A stretch of 64,000 bases of DNA from Utricularia gibba (lineage: Eukaryota; Plantae; Magnoliophyta): NCBI GenBank assembly GCA_002189035.1, contig NEEC01000019.1, forward strand, positions 930,001-994,000. Reading direction: 5' to 3'. The position numbers and the translations under genes were made by a program. The notes below the pieces were generated by a model. That model made no database searches and had not been told where the DNA came from. It saw nothing but the letters and a program-made list of their open reading frames with translations. Numbering within the stretch: position 1 is the first letter of the stretch; the number at the start of each line of letters is the position of its first letter. Shown in pieces: positions 1 to 11,506 of this stretch.

Positions 1-1373
1 CCGCATCTCGCTGCTGCTCTAACGGATGAAGTGATTGACGCGCTTCCTTATATTGATGACGACTACGGCAATCCCGTGGTTAAGGAGGAGGTGGACCGGT
101 TGGTGGAGGAAGAGATGCGCCGAAGCTCAAAGAAACCCTCTCACTTTCTCAAGGACCTTCCTCCACTCCCCAAATTCAGCTTTCAGGTACTTCGTCCTTT
201 GAGCTTGTTGCGTTTGTCGAGATTTTCCTGGACGACTCTATCGTTTTGTACCTAGGGTTTAGGGTTGTAAGGATTTTGAATTCATGTTACAACTCAAACT
301 ATGCAAATAGTAGGAATGGCTTACTCTTTTTGTCGTGATTTTCGTAAAACTAAATTCTATACATTGTTCACGCTGGGAATTGCATAAATTTGGGATGTTT
401 GATTGAAATCCGTGAGCCAGAGAAATAGAAATGTTGCTGAGTCTTTATGTGATCTGTGTTTCAGGATCATCCAATGCTTGCCAGGGAATTTGAGAGAGTT
501 CGAGCTGGGAAGCCCCCAGTGCAAATGGACACATCCAGGTACGGGCTTGAAGCACCACCTGTGAACAAACGAAATGATGAGTCTGCATGGCGGCAGTCAG
601 TTCAGAAAGCCCAACGTTTGCTGCAGCACCAAGTAGTGAGGTGATGCGATGCTTCTTTTTCATCAATGTAATCTCTTTTCTTCATGCCAGTGTTTCTTAA
701 TTTATCAATGAATGTTTCAACTCCGCGTTTAGGCTTGAAAATCTAGACTTAATGTCTGCTCATGGGCAAGAAGTTTGGAAGCTGTACAACAAGCAGTTGG
801 AAGCATTTCTATCGAGGTATCACTCAGTTCAGGCGTGACCATGTTCTCTGGGACGCTATCTTTTTGTTGAAGTTTGTAAATTACGCGTTTACAAATCTCG
901 TTTTTACAATATACATTTGCTTATAATTCTGGGCTCCTAGGTTACAAGCACAAGTCCAGAAGCTCAATGGGGAAATCGAATCAGTGAACCGGGAGAGAAA
1001 ATATCACCAGGTAGCCAGACGTATTTCTCTTTACCCTCTTTCCTGCTAGAAAAGTTGATGACATTTGTTAAGTCTGACGTCGTTCTTGTTACTGTTATAC
1101 CTACCATTCAGCAAACCACTGCCTATGAGCTGAATGCCCTGTCTGCACAATGGAGGGAACTTAGTTTGAAAAACATTGAAATCCAAGCGGCATGTTTTGA
1201 TATTGAAAACCATATTGAACGACTAAAAAGTGAAGCAGCAGAAAGGTACATTGTTACTGTGTAATATACCTTCTTCTTTTCCTGGCTTACTGCTTTGTTT
1301 CAAAAATGCACTTAGGGGCTGGAATTTAGAAGAGATTACCAACAATGGGCATACCCAGCATGCCCAAAATTAA
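1..1373 (+). CDS. MOS4: Pre-mRNA splicing factor SPF27/BCAS2 homolog (MOS4), 5' end outside window; exons <1-186, 465-640, 733-816, 941-1010, 1112-1245, 1316-1373
   Basis: [58 protein letters not shown] and EAAER/GWNLE match the MOS4/BCAS2 family. All junctions are GT-AG and in phase; stop TAA at 1371-1373. Confidence 0.95.
253..266 (-). promoter_or_regulatory. Telo-box (two tandem telomere-like TAGGGTT units) in first intron of MOS4
   Basis: TAGGGTTTAGGGTT. Telo-boxes are typical of the 5' region of plant splicing/translation-machinery genes. Confidence 0.6.
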
Positions 1374-2781
1374 GGTATGGACGAATTCCTTTTGAACCGT
1401 AGCTAAACTGCAATAGATGATAGATACTTCGAAATGCTCAGAATGGCACCTCTGTGATCATATAGTGCCTTTTTCCATACACAGAAATACTGGTTTCCTG
1501 GATGCATTCCCTGAAGAGCAAAGCTCATTGTTCCTTCTTAGCGAGCCTACTGGCTGGCCCCGCAGAGGTTTTAAGGAATTGTTAGGCGTGTACTTCCTAG
1601 TTTTCAAGAATCAAACATTACATTGAAATGCATCTATTTGTTTGTCAAGTAGTAGGAAGTAATGCAATTAAAAAGCTGTAGTCTGCCTTCCAGGAGCCTC
1701 TGAAAGTTGCATCCCGACCAGGCTCTATGTAATTCATCTTACTGTGCTTTACTCAGAGAGGACTACTGCGACCGGTTTCGCCTTACTTTTTGCCACCATA
1801 AAGTGTTTGTGTGTTCATTTTATTTTACCATGTTTTTACCTTTGTTGAATGGTTAGGAAACTCAAAAGAATTTTTAGAAATTATTTACTTTGCCTATTAA
1901 AATTTCTTTATCGGGACATAATTTGTCCATAACTAATGCTCTATTTGAAACCATTTTTATTTTTAAAAAAATTGTTTTAGAAATAAATTTGTTAGCAACC
2001 TTCGAAAATTTAAGACGTTTTTCATTCTTAAAAAGGTGTAAAAACTCGATTCTATTTTATTTTAAGTATTTCTCAAAAAGTATTATTTGAAAAATTATAT
2101 CAAATAAATAATTCTGATAATTGGAGTTGAAGTTAAATAAATGAATTATGATGTGTTTGGTAAAATGTTTATCTTTTAAAAAATTACAACAATTTTATTG
2201 TCAATGATTATTGAATTTAAAAATATATTTATTTTTAATTTTTATTTTATTCAAGCAAAAATATTTTTATAGGATATTATGGTAACTGGACCTGCGAACT
2301 TGGGCTTTGCACTCGGCCGCACGCTCGGATTTCAGAGCAGGCCGATTGTTTTTTGTATGCATACTTTGTTCTTTGGGAAGTCACCGGCGACCCGGCAAAG
2401 GTTGATTGGCATGCGCGGGGACGGAACCGGAGGGTGACCCCCACCAGCAAACCATTGAAGAAGAGTTTAGTCAACGAAAGCGGCAGTCTTGTTGCTTCAT
2501 TGATTAGGACAACATCCGAGTTTTTCTAAAAAGCAACAGTTACCGATTGCCTGTACACTCATTTTAGAATCATTTTTACACTACCATGATCATGATAGTT
2601 GTACTATTCTATGGCACGCGCAGTTTTCATTTCCTCACCCAGTGTTCTCCCTTTCAATTGATATCCCCTGATTTTTTCTCTTTTGATTGAGTTTCTGGGA
2701 GAGTTCCCATATTACGTTGAAGACTCTGTTTCTGATCAAGGCCGCGTCTTGATTTTGGATGTGATTCATCTATTCTCTTCA

Positions 2782-5736
2782 ATGGAGAAGCATGAGGTAT
2801 TTTCTGATGCTCTGCTGCTGTCCTTCAGGTTTGCTTATATGTGAGCTTGTGTATGTTCCTTATACCTGGGATTCGTGTTGCCCAAATCAGCACTATAAAA
2901 GTATGTGCATCCTTTAAGTTTGATTGTTTTGTTGCAGCTCATCAACACTGAAAAAGAGCTGGTGGCGTTGTTATATTCAAAGTGTCTTTCATATCATAGA
3001 GTACTTGAAATATACCGCGAAGCGTGCTTGGAATATGAGAAACGTTTGTTTAACAGCTTCGAATTGCTTGAGAGTCAAGAGGTGGAGTTCTGTTTGTGGA
3101 AGCTGCATTATAAGCTTATCCACGAATTTCGGAAAAGAAGCAGGCAAATACCTGATGTTAAGCATGAAGGAGAGGATAAAGCCATGAAGAATTTCAAGTC
3201 CTTTTTATCTGAAGCCACCAAGTTTTATAGGCATTTGGTTTACAAATTGAGGGAAACATGTGGTTTTCCAAATGAAACATTCTTGAATGGTACAACTCAT
3301 CATAGCTTGGGCTTGGTAGAGCCTGCAAAGATGCAAACTTGCCAGTGGACATGCCATCGTCTCTTGGTCTGCCTTGGAGATATTGCAAGGTATATTGAGG
3401 TAGCTAGAAAGCCTTCTGAAGGCTGTGACTGGTCAGCTGCAGCTAATTACTATGTTGAAGCAGCTAGAACATGGCCATGTAGTGGAAATCCACATAACCA
3501 GGTGCATGACCTTTTTGTGTCTTGACTATCCAACCACAGTTCATCACTTCGTTACATTATACAATTTGCACCACCATATAAGTAGGAATTTTAATACTCT
3601 GTCTTTGGCCTTCTCGAATCTAACTTGAAGTTAATTTGCAGTTGGGTCTACTTGCAACGTATTTTGGTGACGCTTTCCTTGCACTTTACCATTTTGTGAG
3701 GAGTTCCAATGCCAAGGAGCCTTTTCCTGATTCGCAGAGAAACATTGATTTACTTTTGGAAAGGGTAAAGTTCAATGCTTAACATGGGCGTTTCGTCTAG
3801 ATGGCGGTTTATTTGTGCAGCTTTATTAGGAAGAAAAAAAAAAAAAAAGACGTCTTTTAAAGTGCTAGTGTCCCTAAGTCCTTAATATAGTTGCTAGAGT
3901 AGGTTGACGATCCCTTCCCTTTTATTTTGCAGGACGCAGCTGTGAAGGTGCCTGAAGAGTACAAGCAAAATGTGTTGGACTTTTCAAATCTTTCAAAAAA
4001 AGGTTACCTTAGAAAGGTGAATAAGAATGTCGATGAGCAGTCTGATATGTGGATGACTGTGGTCAGCATGACAAGCATTCTGTTACGTGAATCCAGGTGT
4101 TCTCCCAGTTTAAATAGATATCCAGCCAATGTTTTACTGTTTGTTACTGATGAGCTTCAATTTATTTTCATGTCTTTCATACAGTTCAGATGAGTTGCGT
4201 TGCACGTTTCTCTTTGCCTTGCACTTATTGGAAGCTTTCCTCTCTGAGGATGATGTGAAACTTGACTCTTCACTGGAATGCCATCAACAATTGGATTCAT
4301 CAAACTGCGGTCCGCACCGAGTCCTCCAACTTGTTTCAATATTCATATTTACTGCTAATCATCTCAATGAAGGAAAGCCATTGGCCCTTGCTGCTATATT
4401 CATTTTCATGGGCCGCATCACTGAGCGATGTCTCAATGAAAATGGAAACAATTGTTGCTCTCTTTTACCTGGGATACTGGTCTTTTTGGAGTGGTTGGTT
4501 GAAGCTTTTGATGCAGTAGAAGCAAGCAATAGTGATGAAAGAGTTATGACTTCCTTGTCATACTTCTCTGAAACTTTGATTGATCTTATTCATCAGATGG
4601 AGCTCCTGGTTAAAGATGAACAGAACTCTCTCGGTCCAGCTCTATGGGAAGACCATGAGCTAAGGGGCTTCCATCCTCTTGCTGGTGTTCATGAGATGCT
4701 TGATTTCAGCTGTGGTGAAGAGTACAGGAACGACTATATGAGTGGAACAGAATGGCGAGCCAAGCGCATACTTCGTGGGGCAACATCTCTGATGAAGTTT
4801 ATCTCAAATGAAAAACTGGGAAGCACTTCGCATTTTTCTCTGAAGGAGATAAGAAAAGGTGCAAATGCAGACAAGAAGGAAAGTTTGTATGAGGAGACGA
4901 GCGGGAGTTCCTCTGAAGATGAAGAAGTGATAGTGTTCAAGCCTGTAACTAGACACAGCTGTCCACCACTTTATACCTCTAAACCGGCACATCTTCCCCA
5001 TGGAATGAACGAGGAAACGATGAGACGTATTACATTTTCGCCCAGTCTGACAACTGAAGAAACCAGTGGACTTAGTTTTTGCTCTTGTGGGAGAAACGTG
5101 AAGCTGTCAATACATGAGACCCCAAATGACCCGATGTTTTCGCCATACCTTCCTCCACCCTCCCTCAGCTCTTGGAATATGGGCGCTGAGCTGAACTTGA
5201 ATGCAGAAAGAGAACACAGACGGAATGATCTTTGCAGTAGAATACCACCTAGCCCTATTGATGAAATGTCATCTACTTACACATCTGATGACTCTGGAAC
5301 TTATGAATCCAAAATGTGCCTGAACCCTCTGCCTCATCCTGCTCCGATCCCTTCGGCGCCATTATTACCGGAAGAGGCCATCTGGGAGGGAGGCCATGCT
5401 CTGTTTCCACATGAATATGGAAGGGATAACAGTTTCTTTGCTACAACACCAGTTTTTGACTATCATCCAGTGGCTGGGTCTGGTTTCGGACAATTGGATT
5501 CGAGCTCCGCTCGTGGGATGAGTTCTTCCGAATGGCTGCATCATTACAGAAACAACCAAAATCCTCCTCTTATGAATCCACTACCTTGTTATGGTGATTT
5601 TACCATGAACAAACTATCAAGGCTTCAGCTTTTTGATCACCGCAGTGATCATGGTTTGGATTCAAAGCCAGTGCTCCGCTGGGGAACTCCACAACTTGAT
5701 CCTAGCTTTCATTTCGCTCATGGAGCAAAAGAGTAG
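2782..5736 (+). CDS. SMG7L: SMG7-like / EST1-family protein; exons 2782-2796, 2938-3501, 3642-3764, 3933-4096, 4185-5736
   Basis: EST1/TPR-like segments LWKLHYKLIHEFRKR, RLLVCLGDIARY, AARTWPCSGNPHNQ/LGLLATYFGDAFLALYHFVRS and ALWEDHELRGFHPL. Phases are consistent across GT-AG introns. Confidence 0.88.
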
Positions 5737-6016
5737 AAGTAAGATGTACGGTTACAGTGCAGAATGAGTTTCGCATTGAGTCCTTTTTCACTGTGTTATG
5801 GTTAGTGATGTTAATGAGGCTATATAACAAGATCATAGCATGAATATTGAAGATTTTCAGAAGAGCATATCACGCTAAACACCTTTGACACTAAAAAGGA
5901 GTAGCCGAACCGGACCGACCGGACTCCATTGCCGGCCTGGCAAAACCAGAGGTCTCCCAATGTTGCAAGATGCAATCTTGACTTGAACCCTTGGTTATTT
6001 TTCTTTGGTGGAAGTG

Positions 6017-6958
6017 ATGGAGGCTGGAGAATCGAATACTGACAGACGGGGCGTCTCGTCGGCGACGGCAGTCTTGGTCGGAGCCTTGGCGCCGGGGGTC
6101 AATGTTTGTGCCAATTTTTCTTAACATTTTCGTGATTCGATCTCTTTCTGGAACGAGTAGTATTGATTTCTGGTGTTTCGGAATTGCAAATTTAGGCTCC
6201 CACATGGAACGCGCTCAAGATCGCATTTTTATTGCTTGGATTTTGCCTTGCTGCGTTGTTGGGATTAGCGTTCTCCTCCAGTGATTCTGATTTGCTGTTC
6301 CATGTTGCCCTTCTCCTCCTCATCACTGCGACACTTTTTTTTCTTCTTTGCAGGTATTCACCTTTCTTGTTCTTTTTCTCTATTCTTTATCGGAGCACCC
6401 ATATGCGTTCTCTATGGGCAACCGCATCTAGAAGAAAAGATTTTAGTTTTAACTGAGTTTCTGTCTCCCAGTCAATTACTCCATACTGGGTTCGCTTCTA
6501 GTTTCAATCTTCCTTGTGGTATACTTCTTGTGCTTCAACTTCTGCACAGTTTGATCATCTTCTAGTTTCCAAACAAGGGTTCTCTGTTCAGTACTTGTGC
6601 TCTTCCCTTTGATTAGGCAAAGCAAAAAGATGTGATTAGGAGAAAAGAAGTCTAAATTCTGCAATTTAGTTGATTTTCATGTTTCCTTGGCAGTTCTTCT
6701 GGTATATCATGTGTGCTTTTCCCTTTGATTGGGTTTGAGTTTCGATATGCCCTGTGAATCTGTGAATAACACCCCAATAATTTGCTCTGCACAGCAGTTT
6801 TTCGCTTCATAGATTTCCAGCGCCATTTTACTCACATTTCTGTTTCTGATTATTGAAGCTTCCTTGCTGAAACTGGTCTTGTATCAGTTGACCATCAAAT
6901 GAAGGAGATGGGATTCATACCCAAAAGCACCATGGATGAGAACAAGAAAGCTGATTGA
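6017..6958 (+). CDS. Small two-TM ER membrane protein, 114 aa (plant family resembling V-ATPase assembly factor PKR1); exons 6017-6103, 6196-6353, 6859-6958
   Basis: Spliced product MEAGES..GALAPGVN/APTWNALKIAFLLLGFCLAALLGLAFSSSDSDLLFHVALLLLITATLFFLLC/SFLAETGLVSVDHQMKEMG..NKKAD. It has two hydrophobic helices and a C-terminal KKxx ER-retrieval signal. PKR1 assignment is from memory and tentative. Confidence 0.8.
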
Positions 6959-7100
6959 TTTCATTCTGAACATCGTTACATCTAACTCAAGGATCTGTAG
7001 CTTGCTCGTGGGCTGTGATTCCAGCTTCATTAGAAGGGTACATACCATAGCATTTTACTCAACTTGTTGCTTATTTTACTGGAGTTGAGACGGCCGTGAT

Positions 7101-7660
7101 TCAGTACTTGTTCTGATCTTCGTCTTCCACGCGCCGTCGCCTCTCGTCCACCACCTTCTGATCCATAACCTTCTCCTTTTCATCTTGAGCAGGCTTATTA
7201 ACATGATCCTCTATACCCATATCGTCTTCATCATAAGATTTGCCCATCACCGTCTCCCACGCCCTTTTCGCGGCTGTTTTCGCCGTCTCCGTCCAGTCCT
7301 CCGCCGTCTCTTTTCCCCGATCCGCTCCCTGCTTCACCCAGTCCCTTGTCCTGTCCGCCATTTTGTCAGCACTGTCCAATGTCTTCTCCCTCAGACTCTC
7401 GTTTCCAGGTTCCGACTCGGCATCCCTGATGAAGGTGTCGTTATCGTACGGGTCGCTTCCATCTCCATTTGCTCCCTGATGGGCAACCATTAAAACTTGG
7501 CGTATAAAACAAACCCAATGAAAGAAACAGGCCCGTCTCTTACCTTGCTCGAATCCGAAGACATGGAAGCTCCGGCGCAGCGGAGGGCGTAGATCGAGCT
7601 CCCCGGAAAAGCTTTCACATTCAGCAACGCCGCCGCAACCCTCGAGTTAATCATCGGCAT
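7101..7660 (-). CDS. Late embryogenesis abundant (LEA group 3/LEA_4-like) protein, 163 aa, probable organellar transit peptide; exons 7660-7544, 7475-7101
   Basis: Hydrophilic K/E/D/A/T-rich repeats (ADRGKETAEDWTETAKTAAKRAWETVMGK), an acid-poor R/S/A-rich N-terminus, a 68-bp GT-AG intron, and an ABRE upstream. Confidence 0.75.
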
Positions 7661-7744
7661 CTTTCCACCCTAAGCTCTCACACCCGCCCTGCACGATAAA
7701 GAAACCAAACACCAAGTCATACGGTTCCGCTTAGTGACACCGCG

Positions 7745-7764
7745 ACACGTGTCCTGGCGTGTCA
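7745..7764. promoter_or_regulatory. ABRE/G-box (ACACGTGTC) plus coupling-element-like GCGTGTC upstream of the LEA gene
   Basis: CACGTG at 7746-7751 and TGGCGTGTCA at 7755-7764, about 90 bp upstream of the LEA ATG. This is the canonical ABA-responsive layout. Confidence 0.65.
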
Positions 7765-9434
7765 CCCTCCAATTTGGGCCTGATAAACCCCGGCCCATTA
7801 CGACTAGTCTTCCCGGGGACGAGAGCGCCCGGATTTTGAAAACCAGCGGAGCAGCAGAGCAGACCCACCACGAGACCAGACGCATTTGGCTCAGAGACGA
7901 CTGCCCCGGAAAAAGAGCACTCCCTCAATGATCACACCAACGTAAAGAAGGCACTCAGTGGGCTGGGCATCCACTTTCGTTGATCCCTTTCCAGGTATTT
8001 TGGCATCCCTCGCTTATTCGGCTTCTAGACCACAGCACAACGCAAACAAGGATCCAGTTCTCTGGTGTTTGTTTAGGAAAACGCTTGTTGCTGCACTTCC
8101 AGAGGGGACGACAACATGTACTGCAGGACGAGGGTGGTGTTGTGTCTCATCGTCGTGATCCAGGGAGTGTGGCTGGCTGGCTGGCTGTCTGCGGAACAAC
8201 AGTTGGAATCTGTTGGCACGTCATCGTTACCCAATCATATGCTGCGCGATTTGTGGCAAATCCCCTTTTTCAAGATGGAATGCAATTTGGACACGCTTGT
8301 CCAGATGCCACATCCCCATCCTTCCCATGTGCCGATTCCTATTCTAAGAAACTGTAATGGAATTTACCCTTTTCCGAGACGATCACAAATTGTGTTGTGG
8401 ATTCCTAAATTCGTTTTTGAGTGATTATGGACCTGAAAAACACTCACTGAAAACACTTGTTGGTATTAGGCAGCACCGCACTGCTTGTTGGTGGTCAATA
8501 TGATTGGTTCCATTCCATGAAAAGTTAACCCTGTCCGGAACTGGAATCTGGGTTTTGAGCCCTCTTCTCGGCATCTTTTGTGGATGATCCGCGACCCGGT
8601 CGGAAGTCTGTCTGCTACGTCTCTGTAATTCTCAGAAACCCCATTTCGAATAGTTTGTGTCACGACTCACGACCCATCGGAAAAACCCTTTGTATAAGTT
8701 CTTTCTCATCATTTTATTTCATCTCTCTTCCTTTTACAATCTTCTTCGAACAAGTCATTACATTCACCATTCTTTAGAAGCTTTAACCATCTGTTTAAGA
8801 TTTGTTTTAACTAATTATTAATCTAAATTTGATTACAATCTATATTTTTTGTATGATATTATTTGTTTTGAATATTTAATTTTTATAATTTCATATTTTC
8901 CATAGTTTTTGGATAATAGATTTTGGGTGTTCATCCATCATGGAATTATCTTAAATCAAATATTTTTGGAATTCTTATGCGTAAGAAAAGACTTCTTATA
9001 AATTAGGGTTTATAATATTTTTTTTATTTTCATTTTACTTAATCTATTTCATTCTCCCAATTTATAATTGATGTGAGATTCGTTTAACGTTATTGATCCC
9101 CTTCTAAAGCCTTATTACACACTTATGTTATGTTCGATCTCATGTTCGTTAATTTAAAAAACTAATTTTCAAACTCATGTGTTTGCTAAACCTTAGACGA
9201 ACTTTACATGAAAATACAATTTGAAGGAATCAGACAAGTGGTGTATTAGAAGGGTAGTACATTGTGCATGGTATGTAGTGTACTATGAGTAGTACGTCCA
9301 AGTTTTTTGTTATTTTTTTTTCTCCGCACTGTCGGAATGAAATTCTATGGACTTTAAAGCGAAAAAGAGGGAATCTAACTTCGCTTGATAAAAAGCCTTG
9401 AGCTTCATACACCTCCCCTCAGGTGCGAAGCCGA

Positions 9435-10151
9435 ATGGAGAGAGACAACAAATATTCTGAAATGGGCGATGGGGAGGAGGACGAAGACACTTCCTGGGCT
9501 GCTTCCAAACAGATCGAAGGCGGATCCTCTTCCTCTTCCTCTTCCTCCTCCTCTCAGCGCCGCCCCTGTCAAGTCGACGCTTGCGCCACCAACCTGGCTC
9601 ACGCCAAGCCGTACCATCGCCGGCATAAAGTGTGCGAGTTTCACGCCAAGGCTGCCGCGGTTCTCCTCCAGGGATCGCAGCAACGCTTCTGTCAGCAGTG
9701 CAGCAGGTTCGTTCTCTGTTCATGCAGCCAACCAAACCTGTTTGCTTATACCACCACTCTTTATAGCAATGAGGTTTACCTCAACTTCGATCCTTCTATT
9801 GTAACCCCAACCTGCACCGCTTTGAGAGGTGTTGTGTATGACAAGACACTACCAACCTCAAACTGTCGCAGGTGCCTCAAAAGTAGCAAAAGAAGTTGAA
9901 ACCTCAGACTCTTGTTTCGTTTTACTCACCTTTTTCACCACGAGTGATCCTTTCTAACAGAAAAGAAAAAGCCCGCCATGAGGGGAGAAAGGGAAAGGAA
10001 TACGATGAACTCCATTCTCTTTTCTAACAGTCTCGCCATGGCTCTCAGGTTCCATGAACTTTCTGAGTTCGACGACTCGAAGAGGAGCTGCCGGAGGCGT
10101 CTGGCGGGACACAACGAGAGGCGCCGCAAGAGCACGTACGATTCTCAATAA
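9435..10151 (+). CDS. SPL3: SQUAMOSA promoter-binding protein (SPL3/4/5 clade), 124 aa; exons 9435-9706, 10049-10151
   Basis: Complete SBP domain [55 protein letters not shown]. Short protein with miR156/157 site in the 3' UTR, as in the SPL3 clade. Confidence 0.9.
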
Positions 10152-10191
10152 ATAGGATGGTTGTTGCAGTTGTTGGTGAGTATGTGGAGTA

Positions 10192-10211
10192 GTGCTTTCT
10201 ATCTTCTGTCA
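10192..10211 (+). promoter_or_regulatory. miR156/miR157 target site in SPL 3' UTR
   Basis: GTGCTTTCTATCTTCTGTCA versus the miR157 complement GTGCTCTCTATCTTCTGTCA (one difference, a G:U pair). Confidence 0.9.
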
Positions 10212-11506
10212 TCTGTGGAATCGCCCTTCATAAAAGAACTCGTCTTCGAGGGAGAAGACCTGCTCAGAATCCCCTATATGAGATCAGATGTGTGGTGTTG
10301 TAAATCCTCTGAGAGATGAACTTCAGAGTGCTTGCTTGTTGTCAATGGAGTCCTTTTGTTGCTAAATTTGTTCTCTGAGTTGCAACCCCATTTCCTCGAA
10401 ACTAACCCATTTATTTACTCCTCCACTCGCGCCACTACACCACGCATTCTTTCAATTCTTTTTTTTTAATTTTAAAAAATATAAAATAAACAAAATCAAA
10501 TCTTGATTAATTAATAAAACTAAACAGTGGAGACTAAAGAGCTCTTCTTTGGATACCTTTTGCCATGCATGAATGATCATAAAATTTAAATTATTTGAAT
10601 GTAAATACAAATAAGTTATTTTTTATATATAATATTACATGAAAAATATACACATGCTATCTTGTAACGATACATATTCTTTTTGTATAATATTATTTGT
10701 TTTAAGTATTAAACCTTTACGATTTTACATTTTTTTTAAAAAATTTTTTTATACAAAATTAATATCATTCATATATTTAATCATGTTCTTTATCTTATCT
10801 GTAAATCAATATAGCACATTATAAATAAGCATTACCTCACATACTTGAGGTTTAGTGTTATTAAATTTTAAAATAACTAAACCTCATTTGAAGAAATCAA
10901 ATGTTCATTTGACATTTTTTTCCCTATATTCATTATTTTTTATTTATACTAAAAAATAATAAGAATACTATTTATGTTTTTACATAAATAAAATCTCTAG
11001 AACATATTTTCCATTCTATTTTTAATTAATCAATCAATATATGTTATGCGATCTACGTATGCCTGTCATATATATGTATTCCTATTAAAGCATTTATGAA
11101 TATATTTAAATCTAATGATCAAAAGTTGTACATCATGGAAGTGAAGTAACGCACCATGAGATTAATATTAATATTTTATTTTATAAAATATTATTTTTTA
11201 ACGTTCACTTTTTGAGGTGGAGGAATACGCACCCCTCCACCTCTGAAGAAAGACAAGGCTCTTTACGGTGCTTTTTATGCAAAGAGACGTTTTCGTTCTC
11301 TCGTCAAAAGTGGTGGGTTTCTCGTGTCCACAGAATAACAACCAGTGCACAGTGCACACATTCATTATCATTATTTTTCAAAAAAAAGAAAAGAAAAGGT
11401 ATTCCAGCCCGGAGGCCTGAAACTGGTTATTACCTTTCAGCTACAGGGATTGTGTCTGTTTCTATGCCTCAAGAACAGCAGCAGCTGCTGCAGCTGATTC
11501 AGGAAA

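Noticed and set aside
6204-6240. Apparent frameshift gene starting MERAQDRIF.. fused to LGFCLAALL..
   Set aside because: A GT-AG intron (6104-6195) links an upstream exon in frame with no indel, giving the family-typical GALAPGVNAPTWN.
7800-8700. miRNA, 7SL, snoRNA or telomerase RNA identity for the GC island
   Set aside because: I saw no match to conserved mature miRNAs, no USE/TATA Pol III promoter and no clear C/D boxes by eye; needs an Rfam scan.
9310-9804. Overlapping ORFs of 139-141 aa around the SPL first exon
   Set aside because: Produced by the GC-rich, TCC/TCT-repeat SBP exon; only the SBP frame has family motifs.
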